From NCBI GenBank assembly GCA_963840545.1, contig CAWIZE010000002.1, positions 1,631,573 through 1,663,572 of the forward strand: DNA of 32,000 nucleotides, in the 5' to 3' direction. The DNA comes from an uncultured Pseudomonadota bacterium (GTDB lineage: Bacteria > Pseudomonadota > Alphaproteobacteria > Acetobacterales > Acetobacteraceae). The notes beneath the pieces were generated by a model. That model was not told the DNA's origin, searched no databases, and was given only the letters and a program-made list of their open reading frames with translations. Positions within the stretch are counted from its first letter, which is position 1, and each line of letters starts with the position of its first letter. A program made the position numbers and the translations under genes. Below, piece after piece: positions 1 to 8,877 of the stretch.

Positions 1-552
1 GATCAGCCCGCCAAGGACGATCGCGCCGACCTGGCCAAGCGCGGAGGGCAGGGCGAGCGCCAGCACGGCCATGGCGATCGCGATCGTGACGCGCATGCGG
101 TCCGGGCAGAGGGCGCGGGCCATGCCCCAGAGCGCCTGGGCGACGACCGCGACGGCGACGATCTTGAGGCCGTGCAGCCAGGGCGCCTGAGCGAGAGCGG
201 CGAAGCGGCCGGTGCCGTACGCGAAGAGGATGAGGGCCGCGGCCGAGGGCAGGGTGAAGCCGAGCCAGGCGGCGAAGAGGCCGGGCAGGCCCGCCCGCAT
301 CAGCCCGATGCTCGCCGCGACCTGGCTGCTCGCGGGCCCGGGCAGCGACTGGCAGAGCGCCACCATGTCGGCGTACTCGGCCTCGCCGAGCCAGCGCCGG
401 CGGATGACGAACTCGGCGCGGAAGAAGCCGAGATGGGCGATCGGGCCGCCGAAGCTCGTGCAGCCGAGCCGGAGGAAGATGGCGAGGACCCGCGCCGCCC
501 GGAGGCCGGGTGCCGCCTTGCATCCGCCGCACGGAGGGGCCAGAGGCTGCAT
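1..552 (-). CDS. chrA: chromate transporter (CHR/ChrA family), N-terminal part; 3' end lies beyond the window edge
   Basis: Absent from the ORF track because it runs off the window. Reverse complement from the ATG at 552-550 reads MQPLAPPCGG...LGCTSFGGPIAHLGFFRAEFVIRRRWLGEAEYADMVALCQSLPGPASSQVAASIG..., which matches the CHR-family FGGP...LPGP.SSQ signature. The rest is hydrophobic. Confidence 0.85.
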   Translation of the reverse strand, partial: MQPLAPPCGGCKAAPGLRAARVLAIFLRLGCTSFGGPIAHLGFFRAEFVIRRRWLGEAEYADMVALCQSLPGPASSQVAASIGLMRAGLPGLFAAWLGFTLPSAAALILFAYGTGRFAALAQAPWLHGLKIVAVAVVAQALWGMARALCPDRMRVTIAIAMAVLALALPSALGQVGAIVLGGLI

Positions 553-635
553 CGGAACGTTCCTCTCGAATCGCCGGATCGCGCCGCGTGGTGCCCCGCG
601 GGGGCGGCCGGCATAGCCCCAGCATAGCCAAGGCC

Positions 636-2765
636 ATGCACGCCTTCGTCAGCCATCTCGTCAACCATGTCGTCGCCTTCGCCGCCGACCACGCGTTGCT
701 GGCGTACGCGCTCGGGCTGGCGCTGGCGGCCGCCGAGGCCCTGCCGGTGGTCGGCGCGCTGGTGCCGGGCACCGCCGTCATCGTCGCCTTCGGCGCCCTG
801 ATCGCTGCCGGGGCGCTCGAATTCTGGCCGCTGACCGCGGCGGCGGCGCTCGGCGCCATGCTCGGCGACGCCTTCGGCTATTGGTTCGGCCGGCGTTACA
901 AGGACGCCGCCTTCCGCCTCTGGCCGCTGCGCAGCCATCCCGAGCTGGCCGAGCGGGGCGCGGCGCTGTTCCATCGCCTGGGCGGCACCAGCATCGTGAT
1001 CGGACGGTTCACGCCCGGGGTGCGGGCCGTGATCCCGATGCTCGCGGGCATCCTGGCGATGAAGCCCGCCCGGTTCTTCCCTCCCGACATCGTCTCGGCC
1101 GTCCTGTGGGCGGCCTCGCACGTCCTGTTCGGACTGCTGGTGGGCGCCTCGCTCGTGCTGCTGGGCGCGGTGGCCGGCCGGCTCGCCGGGCTCGCTTTGC
1201 TCCTGCTGGTGCTGGCCTACGCGGTGGTCTGGGTTTCGCGCTGGGCGATGCGCCGCCTGCCGCAGGCGCTCGGCCGGCTCGCCGAGCCGCTCGCGGCGTG
1301 GGCGGCGCGCCGGCCGGGCGGTCCGCAGCGCCTGCTCGCCCGCGCGCTCGCCACCGACCGGGCCGAGGCGTTCGGCCTCGCCGCCATGGCCGGGCTGATG
1401 GTGGGCGGCGTCTGGCTGCTGCTCGGGGCGGTGGAGGGCCTGCTCGCGCTCGAGCCGATCGCCCGGCTCGACGGGGTCGTGATGATCGGGCTCGGCACCC
1501 TCCACGCCCAATGGGCGGACGCGGCGATGCGGCTCCTCGCCGCCACCGGCAGCGCCCCGGCGCTCGGGCTGCTCGGCGCCGGCGTGCTTCTCGTCCTCGC
1601 CCTCGAGCGCCAGTGGATGTTCGCGCTGGCCTGGATCGTCGGGCTTGCCGCCGCGCTCGCGCTCGGCCTCCTCCTGAGCCTGCTGCCGCATGCGCTGCCT
1701 GCCGCGCCGGGCGCAGGCCTGGGAGGCATAGGCCGCCCCGGGCATTGGGATGCGATGGTCGCGGCCGTGGCCTACGGGCTCGTCGGGCTCTTCGTCTCGC
1801 GGGCGGCGGCGCCGGGATTGCGCCCGGCGATCGCCAGCGGGATCAGCCTGGTCGTCGTCTTCGGCGCGGCGGCGCGGCTCTATCTCGGGCTCTCCCTCTT
1901 CTCGACCGAGGTCATCGCGATCGCCTTCGCGCTCGCCTGGCTCGGGCTCGTCGGGTTCACCGCGCAACTGCGCCGGGCGCCCGCGGGCCGCGCGCTGCCG
2001 CTCGGGCTGCTCGCCCTGGTGGTGATGCTCGCAGCACTCGGCGCCCAGGCGGGCGGAGGGGGCCTCGTCCCACCGCCGGTGCTGCCGCCGGCCCCGCCGC
2101 TCCGCGCCATGGCGCTGGCCGAATGGCGCGCCGGCGGCTGGGCGAGCCTGCCGGGCAGCCGGGTCGGGCTGCTCGGCAATTTCGCGCAGCATTTCGTCCT
2201 GCAATGGGCCGGGACGCTGCCCGCGCTCGAGCGCGGCCTGGCAGCGCAGGGCTGGCAGAAGCCGCCGCCCTGGAGTGGGGGCAGCGTGCTCGCCTGGCTC
2301 GCGCCGACCATCGATCCGGCGGCGCTGCCGGTCCTGCCGCGCTTCGCGGACGGCATGCCGGAGGCGCTGGTGCTCGCACGGCCGGTGGCCGGCGCCCCAC
2401 CGGTGGCCGGCGCCCCACCGGCGGCCGGCGCCCCACCGGTGGCCGGCGCCCCACCGGCGGCCGGCGCCCCAACGCGCCTCGTGCTGCGGCTCTGGCCGAG
2501 CGATGCGGTGGTTCTGGTGGGCGAGAGGCGGCTCCCGCTCTGGCTCGGCGCGATGTCGGAGGAGCGGTTCGTCCGCGTCGCCGGCGTGCTCACCATCCTC
2601 CGCTCGGCGCGGGCCGCTCCGAGGCCGCTGGCCGCGCTCGCCGCCGCCCTGCCGCATTCGGATGAGGTGCGGGAGAACATGGTGCCGCCGGCGCCCGGCC
2701 ACCCGGCCGCCGGTGTTCTCGTCCTGCTCGGCTGGGCCGATCCGGCGCCGGCCAAGGCGCCGTGA
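636..2765 (+). CDS. polytopic membrane fusion protein: N-terminal DedA/VTT domain, central multi-TM region, C-terminal LssY_C-like domain
   Basis: The ORF frame opens at 510, but the ATG at 636 (MHAFVSHLV...) fits the DedA N-terminus. DedA-like run: GDAFGYWFGRRY...HRLGGTSIVIGRFTPGVRAVIPMLAGI. C-terminal 250 aa (AGGWASLPG...LAAQGWQKP...TRLVLRLWPS...PLWLGAMSE) resembles the LssY C-terminal family. No PAP2 motifs were seen. Confidence 0.7.
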   Translation: MHAFVSHLVNHVVAFAADHALLAYALGLALAAAEALPVVGALVPGTAVIVAFGALIAAGALEFWPLTAAAALGAMLGDAFGYWFGRRYKDAAFRLWPLRSHPELAERGAALFHRLGGTSIVIGRFTPGVRAVIPMLAGILAMKPARFFPPDIVSAVLWAASHVLFGLLVGASLVLLGAVAGRLAGLALLLLVLAYAVVWVSRWAMRRLPQALGRLAEPLAAWAARRPGGPQRLLARALATDRAEAFGLAAMAGLMVGGVWLLLGAVEGLLALEPIARLDGVVMIGLGTLHAQWADAAMRLLAATGSAPALGLLGAGVLLVLALERQWMFALAWIVGLAAALALGLLLSLLPHALPAAPGAGLGGIGRPGHWDAMVAAVAYGLVGLFVSRAAAPGLRPAIASGISLVVVFGAAARLYLGLSLFSTEVIAIAFALAWLGLVGFTAQLRRAPAGRALPLGLLALVVMLAALGAQAGGGGLVPPPVLPPAPPLRAMALAEWRAGGWASLPGSRVGLLGNFAQHFVLQWAGTLPALERGLAAQGWQKPPPWSGGSVLAWLAPTIDPAALPVLPRFADGMPEALVLARPVAGAPPVAGAPPAAGAPPVAGAPPAAGAPTRLVLRLWPSDAVVLVGERRLPLWLGAMSEERFVRVAGVLTILRSARAAPRPLAALAAALPHSDEVRENMVPPAPGHPAAGVLVLLGWADPAPAKAP
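2383..2472. repeat. 18-bp in-frame tandem repeat, 5 units (cggYggccggcgccccac), encoding (PVAGAP/PAAGAP)x5
   Basis: Direct reading: units at 2383-2400, 2401-2418, 2419-2436, 2437-2454 and 2455-2472. They differ only at the T/C position and the last base. Confidence 0.95.
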
Positions 2766-2982
2766 GCGGGCGGTCCGCCCAGGGTCTCGGGGTTCCGCGC
2801 GGGCCGATCGTCGCGCCCGGGGCGCGGGTCGGGGAAAATGCCTATCGCGTGAGATGCCGGTTCGATATGGCTTCCGGTGGCCGCCCTGCCGCCTAGCGAA
2901 GCTGGGCCGCCGCGCGAACACGTGATTTCATCTTGAAAGCGCGCGCCTTGTAAGCTGAACGAACGCAGCCGGGATAGCCTTC

Positions 2983-5055
2983 GTGGAGTTCCAACAGGCG
3001 CTTGCGCTCCATCGCCAGGGCCGCATGGATGATGCCGGGCGGGCCTATGAAGAGCTGCTGCGGGCCGAGCCGGCGCATCTCGATGCGCTGATCCATCTCG
3101 GGGCGCTTCGCCTCGGCCAGGGCCGTGCGGAGGAGGCGGAGGCACTGCTGCGGCGGGCCGTCAGCACGGCGCCCGGATCGCCCGAGGCGCTCGGCAACCT
3201 CGCCGCCGCATTCCAGGCGCTGGGCCGCCACGAAGAGGCGGCCACGCAGTACGAAGCCGCGCTGGCGCTGAGGCCCGCCCTGCCGGACGCCCGCTTCGGC
3301 CTGGCCGCGTGCCTGCAGGCCTGCGGCCGGCATGAGGCGGCGCGCGCGTGCTACGAAACGATCCTCGCCGCCGAGCCCGCACACCCGGAGGCGAATTACG
3401 GGCTGGCGACGCTGCTGGCGCGGCTCGGCCGCGGCGCGGAGGCGTCCGTCCGATACCGCGCCGCCCTGGCCGCCGATCCGGACTTCGCCGAGGCAAGCTT
3501 CGGCCTCGGCACATTGCTCGCGCGCGACGGCGGGCTGGAAGAGGCCATCCTCCGCTTCCGCCAGGCGCTCGAGGTCGATCCCGACTATACCGAGGCGCGG
3601 GCGGCGCTCGGCCTCGCGCTGGCGCGGCGCGACCGGGACGAGGAGGCGATGGCGGCATTCCACGCCGTGCTCGCCTCCGACCCGGGCCATGCCGAGGCGC
3701 ATAACGGCATGGGCATGCTGCTGGAGCGCAGGCTGCGCCACGCCGAGGCGATGACGCATTACGCCGCCGTGCTGGAATCCGACCCCGGGCAGGTCCATGC
3801 CATGGCGGGCATGGCCAACGCCATGAAGAGCACCGGGCTTCATGCGGAGGCGCTGGCGCTGGCGCGCCGGGTGCTGGCGCTGCGGCCGAATTTTTCCCCG
3901 GCCGCCGCCCTGCTCGGCTCCGTCCTGGCGGAGATGGGCGAGATGGAAGAGGCGCTGGCGGAGTGCCGCCGCGCCGTCGCGCTGGCGCCCGACCGGCCGG
4001 ACTCGCTCTACCAGCTGGCGCTGCTGGCCAAGGTGCAGCCCGGCGACGGCACGCTGGAGGCGCTGGAAGCGGCGCTGCCGGCCGCGGAAAAATTCACCGC
4101 GCGCGAGCAATGCCTGCTCCATTTCGCCCTGGCCAAGGCGTACGACGATATCGGCGCGCGCGAGCAGGGTTTTTCCCATCTGCTGCGCGGCAACGAAATC
4201 AAGCGGTCGCAGACGCAATACGACGAGGCGGCCGTGCTGGGCGGCATGGCGCGCCTTGCCGAGATCTTCACGCCGGGGCTGCTGGCGGCGCGGCGGGGGC
4301 TCGGCGATCCGTCTTCGCTGCCGGTCTTCATCGTCGGCATGCCGCGCTCCGGCACCACGCTCATCGAGCAGGTCCTCGCCAGCCACCAAGCGGTGCATGG
4401 CGCCGGCGAGCGGACCGAGCTCACGCAGGCGGTCGTGCGCCTGAACGCCGAACGCCTGGGCGCCGCCGCGTTCCCCGATTCCGTCTGGACGCTTTCGGGC
4501 GAGGCGCTGCGCCGGATGGGCGCGGAGCATGTCGCGGCGCTGAGGGCGCTCGCCCCGGATGCGCTGCGCATCACCGACAAGATGCCCGGCAATTTCTTCT
4601 ATGTCGGATTGGTCCGCCTGATCCTGCCGAACGCGCGCATCATCCATGTCCGGCGCGACCCGGTCGATACCTGTCTCTCGTGCTTTTCCAAGCTGTTCAC
4701 CGGCATCCAGCCATTCGCCTACGATCTCGCGGAGCTCGGCCGCTACTATCGCGGCTATCAGCGGCTGATGGCGCATTGGCGGGAGGTCCTGCCGCCCGAG
4801 ATCCTGCTGGAGGTGGAGTACGAGGCCCTGGTGGAGGATTTCGCGCCGCAGGCGCGCCGCATCGTCGCCCATTGCGGCTTGGCATGGGACCCGGCATGCC
4901 TGGATTTCTACCACACGTCGCGGCCGGTGCGCACCGCGAGCATGGTCCAGGTGCGTCAGCCGATCTATCGCAGCTCGATCGGGCGATGGCGCCCGGATGC
5001 CGCGCTGCTGCGCCCCCTGCTCGACGGGCTGGCGGGCTCTGCTAGCTCCGGTTGA
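2983..5055 (+). CDS. TPR-repeat protein fused to a C-terminal sulfotransferase domain
   Basis: GTG start at 2983. About 400 aa of repeated TPR units (AE..YR.AL...P....A...LG). C-terminus has the PAPS-binding-like loop FIVGMPRSGTTLIEQVL and the tail RQPIYRSSIGRWR typical of TPR-sulfotransferases. Confidence 0.85.
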   Translation: MEFQQALALHRQGRMDDAGRAYEELLRAEPAHLDALIHLGALRLGQGRAEEAEALLRRAVSTAPGSPEALGNLAAAFQALGRHEEAATQYEAALALRPALPDARFGLAACLQACGRHEAARACYETILAAEPAHPEANYGLATLLARLGRGAEASVRYRAALAADPDFAEASFGLGTLLARDGGLEEAILRFRQALEVDPDYTEARAALGLALARRDRDEEAMAAFHAVLASDPGHAEAHNGMGMLLERRLRHAEAMTHYAAVLESDPGQVHAMAGMANAMKSTGLHAEALALARRVLALRPNFSPAAALLGSVLAEMGEMEEALAECRRAVALAPDRPDSLYQLALLAKVQPGDGTLEALEAALPAAEKFTAREQCLLHFALAKAYDDIGAREQGFSHLLRGNEIKRSQTQYDEAAVLGGMARLAEIFTPGLLAARRGLGDPSSLPVFIVGMPRSGTTLIEQVLASHQAVHGAGERTELTQAVVRLNAERLGAAAFPDSVWTLSGEALRRMGAEHVAALRALAPDALRITDKMPGNFFYVGLVRLILPNARIIHVRRDPVDTCLSCFSKLFTGIQPFAYDLAELGRYYRGYQRLMAHWREVLPPEILLEVEYEALVEDFAPQARRIVAHCGLAWDPACLDFYHTSRPVRTASMVQVRQPIYRSSIGRWRPDAALLRPLLDGLAGSASSG

Positions 5056-5905
5056 CCCGGGCGGGCTCGGCCAGCGCCTGCTCCCCCGCCGGGTCGCGGA
5101 GCGGATAGAGCAACTGCCCGACGAGCGAGGCGGGGAGCCGGGTATCGGTGCCGTAGGCGGCGGGCCATTCCGTGGGCAGATGATAGGTGCCGAAGATCCG
5201 GTCCATCCAGGGCAGCATCGAGGCGAAATTGCGGTCCCGGAACTGCGAACGGGTGTGATGCCAATGATGGAAGCCCGGCGTCGTGATCAGCCATTCCAGC
5301 GGGCCGAGGCGCCAGCGCACGTTGGCATGGATGAAGAAGCCCCAGACCGGGACCGCCAGCATGACGAGCGTGACGATCAGCGTGCCGCGCACGCTCTGCG
5401 GAGCGCCCAGGCCGAGGACGTAGATCGGGACCAGGCCGCACAGGCGGATGAACGCACTGTCGATCGGATGGGCGCGCGCGCTGATCAGGAAATAGACATC
5501 CTCCGGGCCGTGGTGCAGCGCATGGAAGCGCCACAGGAAGGGGATTTTGTGCGCCCAGCGATGGCCCCAATAGAAGCCAAGATCGCCGACGACGAACGCG
5601 CCAAGGGCGCGCAGCCATATCGGCCAGGCGGCGATCGCGGCATGCAGGCGCCACGGCACGAAGCGGTACGCGACGTAGGCCGCGATGGAGAGCGGAACCG
5701 CGAGCAGCAGTTGCGGCACAAGCCCCGTGATGAAGAAGAAACCGAGATCGCCGAGGACGGACTTGCGGATGACCTTCCGCTCATGGAGCGCGAAGAGATG
5801 CTCCAGCGGCAGGAAGATGACGGAGAGGATCAGCAGCCAGACGCAAAGCCTGAGCACGCTCAGGAGGATCGCGGCCAGGTGCTGGTGGTGGATGAATGCA
5901 AGCAA
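5042..5905 (-). CDS. fatty acid hydroxylase / sterol desaturase family membrane protein
   Basis: Histidine boxes HRWAH, HALHH and HHWHH in a polytopic hydrophobic protein. TTG start at 5905, so the start is uncertain. Its 3' end overlaps the convergent TPR gene by 14 bp. Confidence 0.8.
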   Translation of the reverse strand: MLAFIHHQHLAAILLSVLRLCVWLLILSVIFLPLEHLFALHERKVIRKSVLGDLGFFFITGLVPQLLLAVPLSIAAYVAYRFVPWRLHAAIAAWPIWLRALGAFVVGDLGFYWGHRWAHKIPFLWRFHALHHGPEDVYFLISARAHPIDSAFIRLCGLVPIYVLGLGAPQSVRGTLIVTLVMLAVPVWGFFIHANVRWRLGPLEWLITTPGFHHWHHTRSQFRDRNFASMLPWMDRIFGTYHLPTEWPAAYGTDTRLPASLVGQLLYPLRDPAGEQALAEPARVNRS

Positions 5906-5976
5906 GGGACTGTCCTGGTTGGGTCGCCCGCTTCCCGCGCCGGAGCCTCATCCGGGCGCCTCGGCTTGCTTGCCGA

Positions 5977-6831
5977 TCAGAGCGATGCGGACGTATTTTT
6001 GCGGCGGCGGCGGGCGAATGCCCCCATGCCCAGAAGGCCGATGCCGAGCAGCGTCAGGCTTGCCGGCTCCGGCACCGGCGCCCCCAGGCCGGGCGGGGAG
6101 TTGACGCCGCCGAGGAACGCGATCGGCGGAAGATTGACGGTGCTGCCGTCGTCGCCGTAGGCGAGGAAGCTCAGCAGGTCGGTGGTGGAGTCCGCGGTCA
6201 GGGTCAGGGTGACATACTGCCAACCGACGGTGCATGTGTAACAGACCGTCATCAGCGACGATTTCACGATGGAGGCGTTCGGGTCCGCATCGGAATAGGT
6301 CTCTGTCGGGCCGTATAGCGGGTTCGTCGGGCCGCCGCCGTTGAGAGTGAGGCCCGCCGTGCCCAGCGAGACGATCCACTGATCGGTGGTCGGCGTGTAG
6401 GCGCCGACATAGTTGTTGTAGCCAAATCCCGTCTGCTCGCTGGCGCCCTGGTAGAAGCTCAGCGTGTATTGCTGGCCAGGCGTCAGCCCTGTCACCAGGT
6501 AATTGAAGCCGCTTTCGTAGCTCGGGTTCCCGTCCGCTTCCACGTAGTTGCCGCTATAGGCTCCGACGGGATTGCCGTAGGTCTGGAGGTAGGTGGAGCT
6601 GTCGGCCTGCGCACCCGGCAGGGTTGTCGAATCGATGAAGATGAGGCCCGATCCCCCGGTCCAGCCCACCGGATCGACAGACGTGAAGCTGCCTTTCGGC
6701 GCGCTCCCCGTATAGCTGGAGAAGTTCAGGTTCGTGAGATTGGGAAGGGCCGGATCCGCCTGGGCAGCCTGGGCCGCGAGCGAGAGGCTGAGGGCAGTGG
6801 AGGCGATATAGAACGACCGGCGGAACACCAT
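5977..6831 (-). CDS. PEP-CTERM sorting-domain secreted protein
   Basis: N-terminal signal peptide (ALSLSLAAQAAQA). C-terminal VPEPASLTLLGIGLLGMGAFARRRRK is the PEP motif, a TM helix and an Arg cluster. The ATG at 6831 is preceded by GAGAAGG (6847-6841). The track's GTG at 6849 overlaps that RBS. Confidence 0.85.
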   Translation of the reverse strand: MVFRRSFYIASTALSLSLAAQAAQADPALPNLTNLNFSSYTGSAPKGSFTSVDPVGWTGGSGLIFIDSTTLPGAQADSSTYLQTYGNPVGAYSGNYVEADGNPSYESGFNYLVTGLTPGQQYTLSFYQGASEQTGFGYNNYVGAYTPTTDQWIVSLGTAGLTLNGGGPTNPLYGPTETYSDADPNASIVKSSLMTVCYTCTVGWQYVTLTLTADSTTDLLSFLAYGDDGSTVNLPPIAFLGGVNSPPGLGAPVPEPASLTLLGIGLLGMGAFARRRRKNTSASL

Positions 6832-6877
6832 GGCGCTCGACCTTCTCACAGTTGCGTGGTTGCCTGTGGCAGCTCAC

Positions 6878-6892
6878 GCAAATGGCGTGCCA
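6878..6892 (-). promoter_or_regulatory. candidate sigma-54 (-24/-12) promoter for the PEP-CTERM gene
   Basis: Minus strand reads cTGGCACgccatTTGCg, i.e. TGGCAC-N5-TTGC, which matches the RpoN consensus spacing. It lies about 47 nt upstream of the ATG at 6831. Confidence 0.6.
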
Positions 6893-7271
6893 GAGGGGGA
6901 AAGAGTTTCTTTTCAAGATGTTGGCCTTCGTCCGGAGATGGCCTGGCTGCGGATGTGTAAGATTCCTCGAACAGATCCGGGCGAAGGCCGGTCAGGCAGG
7001 CCGACATTGGACGCAGGCTGACATTGGAGGTCTGGTCCCGATCGGGATTGCGCCGAGGCCCGCGACGACCGGGCGGCCAACAGCTTTATCCAACGATCGA
7101 TCGGGCGAGCGATGGGGCTTGGCCCGGCTGCGACACGGGAAGCGGGATGGATGAGCGCGAGCGAGCCCGTCCGGCTCCGCGAGGAGAGCCGTGTTGCGCG
7201 GCTGAAGCGGGGGAGGGATGATGGCGCGAAGCGGCGCGGATCGTTGCCGATCGCAGCGGGAAGGGGGGATC

Positions 7272-8030
7272 ATGGCCTATGAAGGGATGATCGCGGAGAC
7301 CAACGCGATCGACGGCGATAGGAACGAGCCGATCTCGGCTTACGTTGCGCGGCCGCTGGGGCCGGGGCCGTTTCCCGGGATCGTGCTCTTTCACCACGCG
7401 CCCGGCTGGGACGAGTGGTACCGCGAGACGACGCGCAAATTCGCCCATCACGGGTACGCGGCGATCAGCCACAACCTCTATCACCGCGCGGGCGAGGGTA
7501 AAGCCGACGATGTGGCGGCCAAGGTGCGGGCCGAGGGCGGCGTTTCCGATGCGCAGGTGATCGGCGACGGCGAAGGCGCGGTGGCGTGGCTCCGCGCGCA
7601 GCCCTGGCTCAACGGCAAGGTCGGCGTGTTCGGCACCTGCTCGGGCGGTCGGCATGCGTTTCTGTTCGCGTGCCGCACGAAAGGCATCGACGCCTGTTGC
7701 GAGCTCTGGGGCGGGCGGGTGGTGATGAGCCGGGAGGAGCTGACGCCGAAGCAGCCGGTGGCGCCGATAGAATTCACGAAGGATCTCTGCTGCCCGCTGC
7801 TCGGCCTGTTCGGCAACGAGGACCGCGCGCCGACGCCGGAGCAGGTGGACCAGCACGAGGCCGAGCTGAAGAGATGCGGGAAGCAATACGAATTTCATAG
7901 ATATGACGGCGCCGGGCACGGGTTTTTCTATTACGACCGGCCGATGTACCGGGTCGCGCAGGCGCTGGACGGCTGGCAGAAGGTATTTTCGTTTTTGCAC
8001 CGGCATCTGCACAAGCCCGCGGCGGCGTGA
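7272..8030 (+). CDS. dienelactone hydrolase family protein
   Basis: ATG at 7272 after GGAAGGGGGG. PGIVLFHHAPGWDEW...VGVFGTCSGGRHAF...YDGAGHGFF matches the DLH-family alpha/beta-hydrolase layout. Confidence 0.85.
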   Translation: MAYEGMIAETNAIDGDRNEPISAYVARPLGPGPFPGIVLFHHAPGWDEWYRETTRKFAHHGYAAISHNLYHRAGEGKADDVAAKVRAEGGVSDAQVIGDGEGAVAWLRAQPWLNGKVGVFGTCSGGRHAFLFACRTKGIDACCELWGGRVVMSREELTPKQPVAPIEFTKDLCCPLLGLFGNEDRAPTPEQVDQHEAELKRCGKQYEFHRYDGAGHGFFYYDRPMYRVAQALDGWQKVFSFLHRHLHKPAAA

Positions 8031-8037
8031 CGCGGGC

Positions 8038-8379
8038 ATGTGCACCTCGATCGTCGAGATCGTAAGCGCGGAGGGCGCGGGGAAGGGCGGGGACGGGTGG
8101 TTCGGGCTGACGCACGCGGTGGTGTCCTACGACCATCCGCACCACGCGCTGCTGGAGGAGGCGATCACCATCGATTTCGTGAATGCGGCGCTGGGGCCGG
8201 GGGCGCGGGCGGCGGTGGAGCTGACGCTGGAGGCGGCGAAGGCGCTGAGCGGGGCGCTGGCGCGGGCGATCGCGGCGGCGGAGCGCGAGGAGGGTGCGCG
8301 AGCGGGGCCGCAACACGAAAATCATCGGCCTCAGCGTCGATCCGATCGCCCGGCACGCGAGCTGGGCCAAGGACATTGA
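8038..8379 (+). CDS. small DUF6295-like protein; its 3' end appears to run on into the alternate frame of a truncated peroxiredoxin
   Basis: MCTSIVEIVSAEGAGKGGDGWFGLTHAVVSYDHPHHALLEEAITIDFVNAALGPGARAAVELTLEAAKAL... matches my recollection of the DUF6295 pattern (MCT...GWF...DHP.H...DFVN...GPGARVAVEL). The last 25 or so codons (RAGPQHENHRPQRR...) look like non-native read-through. Confidence 0.5.
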   Translation: MCTSIVEIVSAEGAGKGGDGWFGLTHAVVSYDHPHHALLEEAITIDFVNAALGPGARAAVELTLEAAKALSGALARAIAAAEREEGARAGPQHENHRPQRRSDRPARELGQGH

Positions 8380-8788
8380 AGAGACGCAGGGGCACGCAGT
8401 CACCTACCCGATGATCGGCGACACCGAATTGAAGGTGGCTAAGCTCTACGACATGCTGCCGGAAGGCGCCGGCGGCACGGCGGAGGGCCGAACCGCCGCG
8501 AACAACGCGACCGTGCGTTCGGTGTTCGTGATCGGCTCCGACAAGAAGATCAAGGCGACGCTCAGCTATCCCATGAGCAGCGGGCGCAATTTCGACGAGG
8601 TGCTGCGACTGCTCGATTCCTGCCAGCTCACCGCGAGACATTCGGTCGCGACGCCGGTGAACTGGAAGATGGGCGAGGGCGTCATCATTCCGCCCGCCGT
8701 CTCGGACGAGCAGGCGAAGCAGAAATTCCCCAATGGCTGGAAAACCGTGAAACCCTATCTGCGCGTGGTCGCCCAGCCGCCCGGCTGA
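8294..8788 (+). pseudogene. 5'-truncated 1-Cys (Prx6-like) peroxiredoxin; lacks the N-terminal segment of about 55 aa that carries the peroxidatic Cys
   Basis: NTKIIGLSVDPIARHASWAKDIEETQGHAVTYPMIGDTELKVAKLYDML...NFDEVLRLLDSCQLT...ATPVNWKMGEGVIIPP is the middle and C-terminus of a Prx6-type enzyme. No FTPVCTTE segment exists upstream in any frame; the upstream DNA encodes the DUF6295-like ORF instead. Confidence 0.75.
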
Positions 8789-8877
8789 ACGCTTCGCGCG
8801 CGAACTCCGGCGCGACGGAGGAGGCGCAGCACCATCCGAGCGGGTTACGGCAAGCGGAGCCGGCGACCTGCCGCTTG

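Noticed and set aside
300-2921. 873-aa minus-strand ORF antisense to the DedA-fusion gene
   Set aside because: The product is Arg/Pro/Gly/Ala-rich low-complexity sequence with no recognisable domain. It lies opposite a convincing membrane-protein frame, so it is a typical open antisense frame of high-GC DNA.
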